Below are positions 36,503 through 46,103 of a stretch of DNA of 64,000 nucleotides, piece by piece. The position numbers were made by a program, and so were the translations under genes. The notes beneath the pieces were generated by a model. The model had not been told where the DNA came from. It ran no database searches and saw only the letters and a list, made by a program, of their open reading frames with translations. The stretch is from positions 119,480 through 183,479 of the IMG/VR virus record IMGVR_UViG_3300002038_000006; one strand, written 5' to 3'. Source of the DNA: a virus. Position 1 is the first letter of the stretch. The number at the start of each line of letters is the position of its first letter.

Positions 36503-36880
36503 TTACTTAGGACGCTTGTACCGACTAATGTCAGACTTAGGGCCTTTATTAATACCGCCACCGAGAGGTTTGGTGAATAGCTCACCTTGCTTGATACCCG
36601 GGGAACCATCTTCTTTAAATTTCAAATCTAGTTGGTCGGACATTTCTTCCATGCCTTCATCCACTACTTTGACTTCTACACTCGTACCTTTAACTATCTT
36701 GTCCTCTTCACCAATGGGGTCGGAAGCGAATGCGATAGCTTGTTCAAGATTAAGTGTAAGTTGACCTATTCTTGGACTGTGGTATATGTAGCCCGATTGG
36801 GATTTAGTGATTGAAGCATCACCACACTTTATTGATTTACCTACACGTAGGCTTTTTAACTTTTCTTCAATTCTACTCAT
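36503..36880 (-). CDS. Hypothetical protein
   Basis: Start MSRIEE after AGGAG; C-terminal GIKQGELF..GPKS. Confidence 0.65.
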   Translation of the reverse strand: MSRIEEKLKSLRVGKSIKCGDASITKSQSGYIYHSPRIGQLTLNLEQAIAFASDPIGEEDKIVKGTSVEVKVVDEGMEEMSDQLDLKFKEDGSPGIKQGELFTKPLGGGINKGPKSDISRYKRPK

Positions 36881-37081
36881 AATCTTTTTTCTCCTGTTAT
36901 TTAAAAGATTTACTTGTGTGCAGCCTTGCGGCAATAGGAGCCGTAAAGGCTTCTTGATTAGGCGCTAACCCATGAGTATTATATATGTTTATAATAAATT
37001 TCACTCTATAGGATTTGCCTATGCTGTAAAAAAGTGAACACGGCATAAGTGGACGGATGACCGTCCACCTAATAACAAGTA

Positions 37082-37840
37082 TTACCAATCAGCTAGCGAG
37101 CTAAGATTAGCAACCTTACGGCTAAAGCCTTGTTGGTCTACGACAGTTAACATGTCTAGTCCAGACTCTACAGACACACCAGATGTTTCTTGGTCTGTCT
37201 TAGCAGCATCAAAGTCTTCAATACCTAACGATACACTATCACCCATAGATTCAAGTGATGGGTTGTGGTACTTAGTAGCAACTGAGATTCCCGGCTCATT
37301 CACTTGGTCCCATGTAACAAGGGTAGTCATGTGTTTGAACTTCTGTCCAGCAAGTCGTGTATCACGAGTTAATGAACGTACAGAGAATGCAACATTCTCA
37401 TTAGGGTTTTCCAATTGCTCTTTAAGTGCAGGACCAAATGGACCAGATGGTCTTACCTTACCCATTACTGCAACTACTGGACGACCGTTAGGGCCTTTGA
37501 CTTGTTCTTTATCAATCCACACTTCTTTGATGTGGAAAGAAACACGAGTCTCTTCAATAGTACAGATACGAGTAATGTATTGGGCTTTAGTCATGCCCGG
37601 TTCCATCTTAGGATGGCCACATTCACCACGTTGTTGACCAGTCGTAATACGACGTATCAATGCACCAGAAGTATCGAACAACTTCTGAGCAGATTTCCAT
37701 GGGTATATGTCACCCACTGAATTAGGGAAATCGAAAGCACCTAAGATGACAGTATAATAACCGTCCGCATCTGGCGTTAATTTCCCTACCTTGTTTGTAC
37801 CAGCCAAAGCAGTACAGTTATAAAACACTTTATCTGACAT
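37082..37840 (-). CDS. Prohead (head maturation) serine protease (phiKZ gp175-like)
   Basis: GYYTVILGA, GECGHP (His), FSVRS (Ser), TWDQVNEPGI; C-terminal PSLES/VSVES self-cleavage-type motifs. Confidence 0.9.
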   Translation of the reverse strand: MSDKVFYNCTALAGTNKVGKLTPDADGYYTVILGAFDFPNSVGDIYPWKSAQKLFDTSGALIRRITTGQQRGECGHPKMEPGMTKAQYITRICTIEETRVSFHIKEVWIDKEQVKGPNGRPVVAVMGKVRPSGPFGPALKEQLENPNENVAFSVRSLTRDTRLAGQKFKHMTTLVTWDQVNEPGISVATKYHNPSLESMGDSVSLGIEDFDAAKTDQETSGVSVESGLDMLTVVDQQGFSRKVANLSSLADW

Positions 37841-37889
37841 CAGATTTCAACTCCACAAAATAAATTACCAGCAGCAAGCTCTCAAACAA

Positions 37890-38642
37890 TTACCTACGTA
37901 AGAGGTCTTCTACGCCTTCTAGGCGTTCTGTCTTAGTTACAAGAGCTGATGATAAGCCTTCGTTAAAATAGTTACCCATAAGCTTAGCAGTGGTGTTTGT
38001 AGCACCCAACTCAATGTTCTTGAGAGAGATGTATGCAATACCGCCACCCGGTAACATTTCAGGATGTTCAAATTCTGCTTGACTCTTAATCAGGTGTCTG
38101 AAGTACTTAGTTCTATCTTTAGCTTGTCTACCTAAACTAGAAGCAATTAGTTCTAGGATGGCAGGGTCAACGTTCAAGTCAGTACCAGCATGTTTAATAC
38201 AAGTATCGAACAATTCTGATAAATCGTTGTAGTTCATGAACCAAGGAATGTCACCTTTAGAATAAAAGTGGTCAGAGATATAGTAAACTAATACCGCTGA
38301 TTGAACTAAACCTAAACTCTTAGCGATGGTAGAACCAGCCTCGAAAGTTAATTCAATAAACTCTTCTTCTTTAATAACAACACTACGAGTACTTGTTGGA
38401 GTCAAGTCGATATTGGCACACACTTTCATTACCGAATAGTGATTACCGATAACAACTGGAAAGATTCCCACTGTACGTGTAGTTGGCCCGAACGATGCAA
38501 GGTTACGAGTACGGTACTTAAGAGGTATATAAATACGAGTTTCTTTTTTAGCTACAAGACTACCGTCTCTTGCCTTAGTCAAATGTGGAAGAACCGCATC
38601 TGGCTTTCTAATCAATTTTGAGATATCCATTATATTCCTCAC
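37890..38642 (-). CDS. Virion RNAP beta' C-terminal subunit (phiKZ gp176-like)
   Basis: GDIPWFMNY.D, ATNTTAKLMGNYFNEGL.SAL..EDLLR; synteny. Confidence 0.75.
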   Translation of the reverse strand: MRNIMDISKLIRKPDAVLPHLTKARDGSLVAKKETRIYIPLKYRTRNLASFGPTTRTVGIFPVVIGNHYSVMKVCANIDLTPTSTRSVVIKEEEFIELTFEAGSTIAKSLGLVQSAVLVYYISDHFYSKGDIPWFMNYNDLSELFDTCIKHAGTDLNVDPAILELIASSLGRQAKDRTKYFRHLIKSQAEFEHPEMLPGGGIAYISLKNIELGATNTTAKLMGNYFNEGLSSALVTKTERLEGVEDLLRR

Positions 38643-38678
38643 ATGCTGGGAGACCGAAGTCCCCCAGACATTTTAAGA

Positions 38679-40055
38679 CTATTCTCGTTCAGTAGTTAAC
38701 TGAGCCGCTAGCCATTCACCAACTAAATCGATGGTAACCATCGTAGCTGCTTCACGGTTTGACAATTCAGGATTGTTTTCTTTGTGCGACATGATACCTG
38801 ACAATACTGGATAAGCATTGTAGTTAGGGAACAATGCCCCACATACTGCACGTAGACAGAAACGGTCTAAGTCAAACTTCTTACGGAAAGGATTAGCTTT
38901 TAACCAATCACGTACGTCACGAACTGTAGGGGCAGTCATGCCTTCAGGGAATTCGTTAGCTGCAATGATTTGTCCGAAGACTTCAATGATTGCATTGTGT
39001 ACGTTAGCTTCGTATTCGTTAACGATACGGCTTTGTAAGATACGCTCTTGTACCTTAACAGCTTTTTCGCCACCATGTGCATCTTCTAACAAGTCTGCGT
39101 ATGTAGGACGATTAATCCCACGTAGACAAGTACCGATGATTGCTTCAGGTGTACCACCTTCTTTTAAGAAAGCTTGGTAAACAGAAGAGTTCACTTGTAT
39201 TTCAGCACCGATGTTGTCTGCTAGAGGCATGTGAGCAATTAAGTCTTTCTGACGAACGATACGGTCTTGCTTACGAAGCTCTTGGAAGATACGACGACCA
39301 AACTCAGCCATGAAGTGTGCAGTCTGTTCACGGAAGAAACCTAACTCTTCGTTAACGCCACTAGGAACGTTAGAGTTAAAGCTACGAGCAAGAACATAAG
39401 CTACAACTGTTTCAGCTTTACCATTACCTTGTTGTTCACCGAATGTACCACCTTTACCAAGGAAGTATTCATCGTAGACACGACTAGCAATACCAGTGTT
39501 AGCTTCAATCATTTCAGTCAATGCTTTATCAACACCACTCATGCCAGTTTTAACACGGTCGATTAAATCTTCCGCTGACATTTCAGGCATTCTATTACCG
39601 AACGGCTGTAAAGTGATTTGAGGCTGTGATTTGTAACGGTCAACTAAGTCTTGTAATCCGGCAACACTATAAACCGCTGGACAACTAACTTCTTTAATCG
39701 AATGGCGAAGTTCTTGAATTGGAGCTTCATCCAAGTATTTACTAACACGTTCGAATGCATCAGTAGAAACTGGAGTAACTAATTCACGAGCGAACTTTAA
39801 TTGTTTACGTACAGCAGTAGCTGCAATAGTAACAAGTTCATCGATTGCTTGAGAATGTTCTTTATCACCTAGTACGTCCGTAGACTCACTGGCTGATACT
39901 AGAGCAACATCAATATCGTCTGCACGACTGATTGTACCAATAGTACTGTTAAGAACGGCTAAGGGCGTCTCAGCATGTGGTAACACAACTACGCCTGCTT
40001 GTTCTGCTTGCTGTGCAAGAGAGTAAATAGATGCAACGCTATTACGATTCAACAT
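38679..40055 (-). CDS. Virion/head protein (phiKZ gp177-like)
   Basis: Position between protease and vRNAP beta; FLKEGGTPEAIIG, REAA motif. Confidence 0.7.
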   Translation of the reverse strand: MLNRNSVASIYSLAQQAEQAGVVVLPHAETPLAVLNSTIGTISRADDIDVALVSASESTDVLGDKEHSQAIDELVTIAATAVRKQLKFARELVTPVSTDAFERVSKYLDEAPIQELRHSIKEVSCPAVYSVAGLQDLVDRYKSQPQITLQPFGNRMPEMSAEDLIDRVKTGMSGVDKALTEMIEANTGIASRVYDEYFLGKGGTFGEQQGNGKAETVVAYVLARSFNSNVPSGVNEELGFFREQTAHFMAEFGRRIFQELRKQDRIVRQKDLIAHMPLADNIGAEIQVNSSVYQAFLKEGGTPEAIIGTCLRGINRPTYADLLEDAHGGEKAVKVQERILQSRIVNEYEANVHNAIIEVFGQIIAANEFPEGMTAPTVRDVRDWLKANPFRKKFDLDRFCLRAVCGALFPNYNAYPVLSGIMSHKENNPELSNREAATMVTIDLVGEWLAAQLTTERE

Positions 40056-40246
40056 TACGCTTTACTCCCTGCAATCATTAATGACTTTGACATACGGGCT
40101 GTAAGAGAATCTTTAACAGTCTCTTTAACCAATACACCGCCTACTTGGTCAGAAGCTTCGTTACCTGCCACTTCTTGAACCACGCGTGCGCCTAACTCAA
40201 CAGCGTTAGCTAGAGTGGCGTAAGTGATATGTTTTCTATCTTTCAT
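40055..40246 (-). CDS. Small hypothetical protein
   Basis: TAATG-coupled to the downstream gene. Confidence 0.6.
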   Translation of the reverse strand: MKDRKHITYATLANAVELGARVVQEVAGNEASDQVGGVLVKETVKDSLTARMSKSLMIAGSKA

Positions 40247-40286
40247 ATTTTCAGTAAGGGGAGCAATTAACTCCCCACTCCTTTAT

Positions 40287-42848
40287 TTACAAATTTGTAA
40301 AGTACTCGTCCGCTACCTTTTTGGAGAGAACCTCTAAAACACGATTCGTAGTGCCCATCACATCAGGGCTGAGTACGATACGGTTAGCAATCGATTGACG
40401 TCCAAAGATTACATCAATAGGCTCACCGCTCTCTGTTTCATTAGTACCAGTCATTACTCGACCGATAATGGTTTTCAGCTGATTACCAAGTACCGCTTTA
40501 TCGCCAACACCTGCCGGTAGTGACTTAGTGATGTATACTTTAATCACGGCTTGGTCCATTACCAAACGACGACCCTCAACATTGATAGGTTCATTTACCT
40601 GACCGGTAAGTGACTCTTCAACACCAAGACGTTTAACTCTTTCCGCACGTTCTTTATCACCACGATTAACAACGGTCTTCAAAGTCTTAGACATGTCGGT
40701 GGTATCACCATTGTAGAGAACTTCAATTTTCTCCACCACGCCTTTGTTCTTGGCTTTCGGGTTTAACTGTCCTAATGCTTTCAGGGAATCCGCACTCCCA
40801 CTATCGAAAAACGAGTTATCGGCCGTAAGTGGGTCCTCTAGCGTACATAGGATAGTTTCTAAATCTACTTCATCTCCTACCTTAACCAAGTTTAGAATAC
40901 CTTGACTAAAGTCTAAAACGATGTTTCTAACTGCTGTCATTTCCGTAGAAAGACCATCACCTAGATGTTCGGAAACCGCACATGAATCTTCAAGGGTATC
41001 AACTGACTCCATCAAAGCTACATTAACCAACGCACCTGCTTTCCAGTTCACCTGACTCTTATCAAAGTAATCACGTTCGAAGAAACCAGTATTCCATGAT
41101 AGGATGTGTCCAGCTTTAAACTTCTGACCTTTAGTTAAGTCCGAGTCTAAACGCTGAGGAACGTTAGTACCATTAACAGTACCGTATAAAGTTCCTAACT
41201 CTATCTTCACAGTATTACCGTCTTTGTACTCCACAGTAATGTGTTCTTCACCTACATCAGTTACTTTACCGTCCTGTTCAGCAGAGACTGCAAACATTGG
41301 GTCAACACGATGGGCAAGTACTTGCTCGTACCCAGTTGTTAAAGGCATGACCTTATAATTATCAGCGGCTACACCGTGAGAATGTTGGATACTAATGAAG
41401 TTCGTACGCTTAGGGTCATCACTGGTTGCACCGGGTGATAATATAGCGGACGTAGACAATAACTTAGTTGCAGACTGTTCTTTGTCATCTACACGCTTAG
41501 TTGTACCACGAATCGAATTGAAGTTCGGGTCAGCGGTCAAGTATGTATTAATAGCTACAGAACCAGAGTCAACCGTTGCCTCAGAGATAACGCCCATATC
41601 GTTCTTGTGGTAAACACGAGAACTGGCTACCATTGAACGAGTAGAGCGTCCACCATCGCCAGAGTAAGTTACTAACTCTTTCTCTTTAAGGTTATGGATT
41701 GGATTTAATTCTTCTACCGTCTTAGTAGTTGCATCTTTGAGGATACTCATCCACACTGCTTTAGGGTTCATCTCAATACGAGACTGTGAACTCATTGGCT
41801 GTGCTTGTTGTTTACGAATGGAAGCGATTAGCTCTTTGTAGATAAAGCCCGGCATACGTTCGTAGCCTTTGATACGCATGTACTCCGTATCTGTTTCATC
41901 AGGAGTGCGGTCGTCTTTTAATAGCTCTACAGCTTTAACGACTAAACCTTCAAATGAACGAGGTTCTTTACGCTCTTCCAAAATACCATCTGTAATAGGG
42001 TCAATGAACATTGGTTGTAACAAGTCCATCTCACGAATGTATCTTAGACCGACACCACGTGATTCCAATACAGGTTGATACACTGTTTTCTTGTCAAACT
42101 CTTCACGAGTGAATTGCTTGATAGCTGAACGGTATTCGTAGAAGCCATTTAGAATCATGGTGATTTCTGGGTCATCGGTTGTATAAACCAATGTCTCGTC
42201 TTTAAAGACTATACTAGCCTCACCATCTTCTAGCTCCAGCCGCTGGCCTTTCGGGACAGTTCGTACTTTTGCTTTAATGATTCTAATAAGTTTCGACAGA
42301 CCAAGCATGTACGCAAGTACCACGCCTGCTGGGATACCAGTCGAGTAAATCTTAACTTCCGCCATGTCGTTGGGTTCGCGACCCAAGTCAGTACCAAGTA
42401 AATCAGACAGACCGCCAATGGTATCGATAGTACCATCAAGCCCGCGATAGTTAAATAAGCCAGCCCTATCCAGAGTGATGTATCTATCATTACCCCTTTT
42501 ACCGCAGACCACGTGTCCGAGACGTTCAAGTTTCTTAAGCGCTGTATCACCGTATAACTCCTCACGTTTATCGTACTCGAAAGATAATTCACCAGACTTA
42601 CATTTAAAGCCTAGTACACCTTTAGCCATACCACTATAAGTAGGTGGAACCTTAGCTGACTTAACAATGGAAGTACCCTGACGAACAGAAGTAACTGCAT
42701 CATTAGAATCATCAATACCTAGAGCGATAACTTTCTTACGTTGCCAAGCCGAACGGTTATAGACTGCTTTAGGACTTCGCTGTACGAATAGTTTACCGTA
42801 GTAACTTGTTAAGGCTACTGTATCTGCTTTGGTTTTACGAATGGGGAG
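40287..42848 (-). CDS. Virion RNAP beta-N subunit (phiKZ gp178-like), exon 2
   Basis: LPIRK..VALTSYYGK, RIKGYER, NPIHNLKEKE.VTYSG.GGR, DDPKR.NF, EDS, GDKAV.GNQLKT. Confidence 0.93.
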   Translation of the reverse strand, partial: LPIRKTKADTVALTSYYGKLFVQRSPKAVYNRSAWQRKKVIALGIDDSNDAVTSVRQGTSIVKSAKVPPTYSGMAKGVLGFKCKSGELSFEYDKREELYGDTALKKLERLGHVVCGKRGNDRYITLDRAGLFNYRGLDGTIDTIGGLSDLLGTDLGREPNDMAEVKIYSTGIPAGVVLAYMLGLSKLIRIIKAKVRTVPKGQRLELEDGEASIVFKDETLVYTTDDPEITMILNGFYEYRSAIKQFTREEFDKKTVYQPVLESRGVGLRYIREMDLLQPMFIDPITDGILEERKEPRSFEGLVVKAVELLKDDRTPDETDTEYMRIKGYERMPGFIYKELIASIRKQQAQPMSSQSRIEMNPKAVWMSILKDATTKTVEELNPIHNLKEKELVTYSGDGGRSTRSMVASSRVYHKNDMGVISEATVDSGSVAINTYLTADPNFNSIRGTTKRVDDKEQSATKLLSTSAILSPGATSDDPKRTNFISIQHSHGVAADNYKVMPLTTGYEQVLAHRVDPMFAVSAEQDGKVTDVGEEHITVEYKDGNTVKIELGTLYGTVNGTNVPQRLDSDLTKGQKFKAGHILSWNTGFFERDYFDKSQVNWKAGALVNVALMESVDTLEDSCAVSEHLGDGLSTEMTAVRNIVLDFSQGILNLVKVGDEVDLETILCTLEDPLTADNSFFDSGSADSLKALGQLNPKAKNKGVVEKIEVLYNGDTTDMSKTLKTVVNRGDKERAERVKRLGVEESLTGQVNEPINVEGRRLVMDQAVIKVYITKSLPAGVGDKAVLGNQLKTIIGRVMTGTNETESGEPIDVIFGRQSIANRIVLSPDVMGTTNRVLEVLSKKVADEYFTNL

Positions 42849-44386
42849 CATTCCCATTCAAAATGGACCATATCTTCATCCTCTATTGAGGAGCCTACCG
42901 TTTGGGGTTTCCCCTACTCTACTCACTTTAATCACTTCCGTGACCAACTGATTATTACACTACAGTTGTCATTAGTTCACACATTGGCGAATGTAGTTTT
43001 CGATGGCCTCTGAACACATCCCCTATCCGTAGACTTAGGGACTTCGCTGCGTCGGTTGTACCTCCACTAAACGTTTTTACCGTTCTACCCTCTTCCATTA
43101 CTGGGGATAGTGTCGTAGTGTGTTTCCACCTACGAGTGGTAGTTTAGTAGATTATGGGTATTTTCCCGCAATTAGGTAGGTTTATCTTAGACGCATTACT
43201 GCGTCTGGGAGACCTATGTTGAAAATTTTAAACAATTGAGATATCGTATTTCGATAATTCTAATGATAACATTTTCCTAAGTCTTCTTCTATCTAAATCA
43301 AGATAGTTCAGTACTATGAGAGGAATTTTCTTACCGTTAGCCAATCTTAACTTGTCCCAATCCCTAGCCTTGCATTCTTCTAAAGCTTCATATCCACCGA
43401 ACCTTTCCACAGGTTCGTAATGTTGGATACCGTGGAACTCTATAAGAATTTCAAACTTGGGTAGAAAGAAATCGTATCTATATAACGACCCGTCGAATTT
43501 ATATTCTCTTCTAAACTCAATGCCATTTATATCTAAAATGTGAGCTATCTGTCTCTCACCGAGAGATTCTCTACATCTTGGACAACCCTGTTTCTGAGAA
43601 ACATGTCGGTTGGGAATAGTTTTGAAAGGACCATGTTTTTTACAAACCACCGTTATTGGGGTTTTGTTATTAACATATTCGACTTTATCATAGTTGTATA
43701 TATAGCCATGTACTTGCTGTGCGTCTTGTATAAACTCGCCTAGGGTCTTTTTAGTAGACTCCCTATGGCAAGTTGGACAACCAGAGCCATTTAAGTGAAC
43801 TCTAGCTTTCTGATAGAAGTATCCATGTTTTGGACATCCTAATGTGACAGCTTTTGTATACCCTTTAAAGCTAACATTACCATAGCAGTATTTATCGCCA
43901 TGTACCAACTTAGCTTGTTCTAAAAAAGTACCCTCGTCCATTACGGATTCCGATTGGGCACACGCTGGACAATTGGTACCTAACTTATAGTGGTTATATG
44001 GCTTAACTTTGAAATCGCCATGTTCCCTACAAGTTATGGTTACGGGAGTATCTACATTTCTGAAAATAACCTTATCGTAACTGTATCTATCTCCGTGTTG
44101 TTCCTTTGCTAGCTTAATAAAGTAATCCTTACTAAACTTACTGGAACAGCCTATACATCCCTTAGCTCCTCGCATTAGATAACATGGTTTAGTTGTATAC
44201 TTACCATGACTAACGCAATGAACTACTATGGGTTTTTTAGAACCTAGATATTCGGACTCAGTAAAATCTAAAGAGTCTCCATACATTTCTTTCATTGTGT
44301 CGTAGAATTCTTTTTCTCTACGTTTAAAACCTTTTAACATAATACATATCTCATGGATACTATTCACATAAGATATGTTGCCTTTT
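42849..44386 (-). mobile_element. Group I intron (IA-like, 1538 nt) in the vRNAP beta gene
   Basis: Exon 1 ends GGGAGAU, pairing with IGS GUCUCCC (43207-43213, U.G wobble); P AAUUGCGGGAAA; R UCAGAGGCCAU; S AAGAUAUGGUCC; P3 CCUACC/GGUAGG; terminal G at 42849; splicing restores QRGD/LPIRK. Confidence 0.92.
43228..44340 (-). CDS. Intron-encoded homing endonuclease (four C-x2-H-G..GC-x2-C repeats + PD-(D/E)XK/Vsr-like nuclease)
   Basis: Repeats of Y.Y.KV.Y...V.I.C..HG.F...H..G.GCP.C; C-terminal SLGE..RYDFFLP..ILIEFHGIQHY. Confidence 0.85.
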   Translation of the reverse strand: MLKGFKRREKEFYDTMKEMYGDSLDFTESEYLGSKKPIVVHCVSHGKYTTKPCYLMRGAKGCIGCSSKFSKDYFIKLAKEQHGDRYSYDKVIFRNVDTPVTITCREHGDFKVKPYNHYKLGTNCPACAQSESVMDEGTFLEQAKLVHGDKYCYGNVSFKGYTKAVTLGCPKHGYFYQKARVHLNGSGCPTCHRESTKKTLGEFIQDAQQVHGYIYNYDKVEYVNNKTPITVVCKKHGPFKTIPNRHVSQKQGCPRCRESLGERQIAHILDINGIEFRREYKFDGSLYRYDFFLPKFEILIEFHGIQHYEPVERFGGYEALEECKARDWDKLRLANGKKIPLIVLNYLDLDRRRLRKMLSLELSKYDISIV

Positions 44387-45796
44387 ATCTCCCCTCTGCT
44401 TAGCCATGTGGTAAACAACACCGTTAGCTTTAAACTTACCATGCTTATCTACACTAGGTAGTTTAACATGTACGGTAGATGGTTTCCCGCCAAGTGGAGT
44501 TAATTGGATAGAGTAGTGGTCGTACTTATTAGCAGCGTCTACTACTGTCTCACGTTTAAACCCAGTTACAGCTACACCAGTATTCTGAGTGTTCAGAACC
44601 ATAGCAGCTATATCTTTCTCCATAACCTTATCGATGTAATGTGCATCGGCAGTTTTAAGAGAAGACTTAAGCATGGTCTTATCTAGAACACCATCTAAGT
44701 CTGGGGCTGTCCACTCCGGGATACTAAGGTCAGCACTGGTGACTTTTGCTTGCTCATCAAGATTGCCACTTCCCGTAGTAGCGACGATGGTCTTATACGA
44801 GTTGGCCAGACGTACGGCGCGTTTGTATTCGGGTAACGACATTTGACCTGAGTCTCGTAGCTCCCTTGCTTTTGTTTCGACAACCGAAGAACGGTCGTCA
44901 GTGAAAACGTTAGTAGATAAATCCAAATCTTCATCAGTGAAATCTTCTTCAGTTGTTGCAGTTGCAGTTTCAAGTTCCTGTAACTTAGTGATGTACTGAA
45001 CGAAAGCTTTATCGAATAGACCATTAATGGCTTCCCCGTCATCAAGCTTCTCTTTCTTCCACTCTTGGAACTCACCTAAATTCAATACGCTAAACTTACC
45101 ACCACGAATGAATACTAAATTAACGAACTTGATATTCTTACCAAGGATGTCATCTAGTTCATGGTTACCTTGAGTACAGTAGCTCCAAAGATAGAAGAAG
45201 TTTAATGCTTCCACTTTCTTGAATGGTTCTAATGCTTCAAGGGTAGGCTTCTTAGTCAATAGTCTAAGTTCCTCGATGGTAGGTATTACATCAGGTATCT
45301 CAATATGGATAAACTGATTACGTAACGTTTCATCTGTATACTTGCGAACATTATCCCACAACGTACGATTCATGTTACCCCATTCGTTCCAGCTAGATAA
45401 AGCATTACGAGGATAACGATACATGTGTGGAATTAAGGCATAGTTGATTGTTACTAAGTTATTAGCATCACGAACGCCTTGTTCGAATTTTCTAAGCTGG
45501 CGTATCTTACGGTTACGCTTATGGTAAACCTTAAGTCTTGAACGCATCTCAGAGGCTTTATAACGAGGCCTACCGTTTTCAACAGTTAACTTCTCGATAT
45601 GCCAACAATGACTAGAGTCTCGCCCATTAAATAACGGACCACTCTGGTCTGGACCATTTTCGGTCTCATCGGTTGGGATATAATGTAGTAACGATTCTTT
45701 AGGGATAATCAAGGCCGCTATCTCCGTAAAGACAGGGCTCTTGAGTTTCTCGAAGTTACGTACACCATACTTCCGATAGAAATCAGGATATAGCAT
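44387..45796 (-). CDS. Virion RNAP beta-N subunit, exon 1
   Basis: FYRKYGVR N-terminus, DKTMLKSSL..YI, P.GGKPST, GKFKANGV.Y.M.KQRGD. Confidence 0.9.
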
Positions 45797-45808
45797 GGGA
45801 TAGATTTC

Positions 45809-46102
45809 CTATTTAGTTAAGTCTTCAACGGTTATATATTTATCATTGAATTCTTCACTACTGAAGATAACAAACTCGTTGTCGTCATTCTTTAAGATGA
45901 ACTTACCAGTGGCCGCATATTTCTTAACTGGTTCAGTACCAGCAATGGACACCATTACGAATACTCCACCATCTGGACCTTTGGTAATCTTACCGCCACC
46001 CCAAGCAATTAAAGCTTCTTGTGGTGATATATTGGAATTGACCCTAGCCCATTCACGAACTTCCATGAAGTCGATTACACTATTCTTTAATACTGCTTTC
46101 AT
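45809..46102 (-). CDS. Hypothetical protein
   Basis: GAGG RBS; G.FILK...F..F.DKY motif. Confidence 0.65.
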   Translation of the reverse strand: MKAVLKNSVIDFMEVREWARVNSNISPQEALIAWGGGKITKGPDGGVFVMVSIAGTEPVKKYAATGKFILKNDDNEFVIFSSEEFNDKYITVEDLTK

Positions 46103-46103
46103 T

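Noticed and set aside
42849-44442. Intein, or two independent RNAP genes
   Set aside because: The endonuclease is out of frame with the exons, and group I P/R/S elements and splice sites are evident
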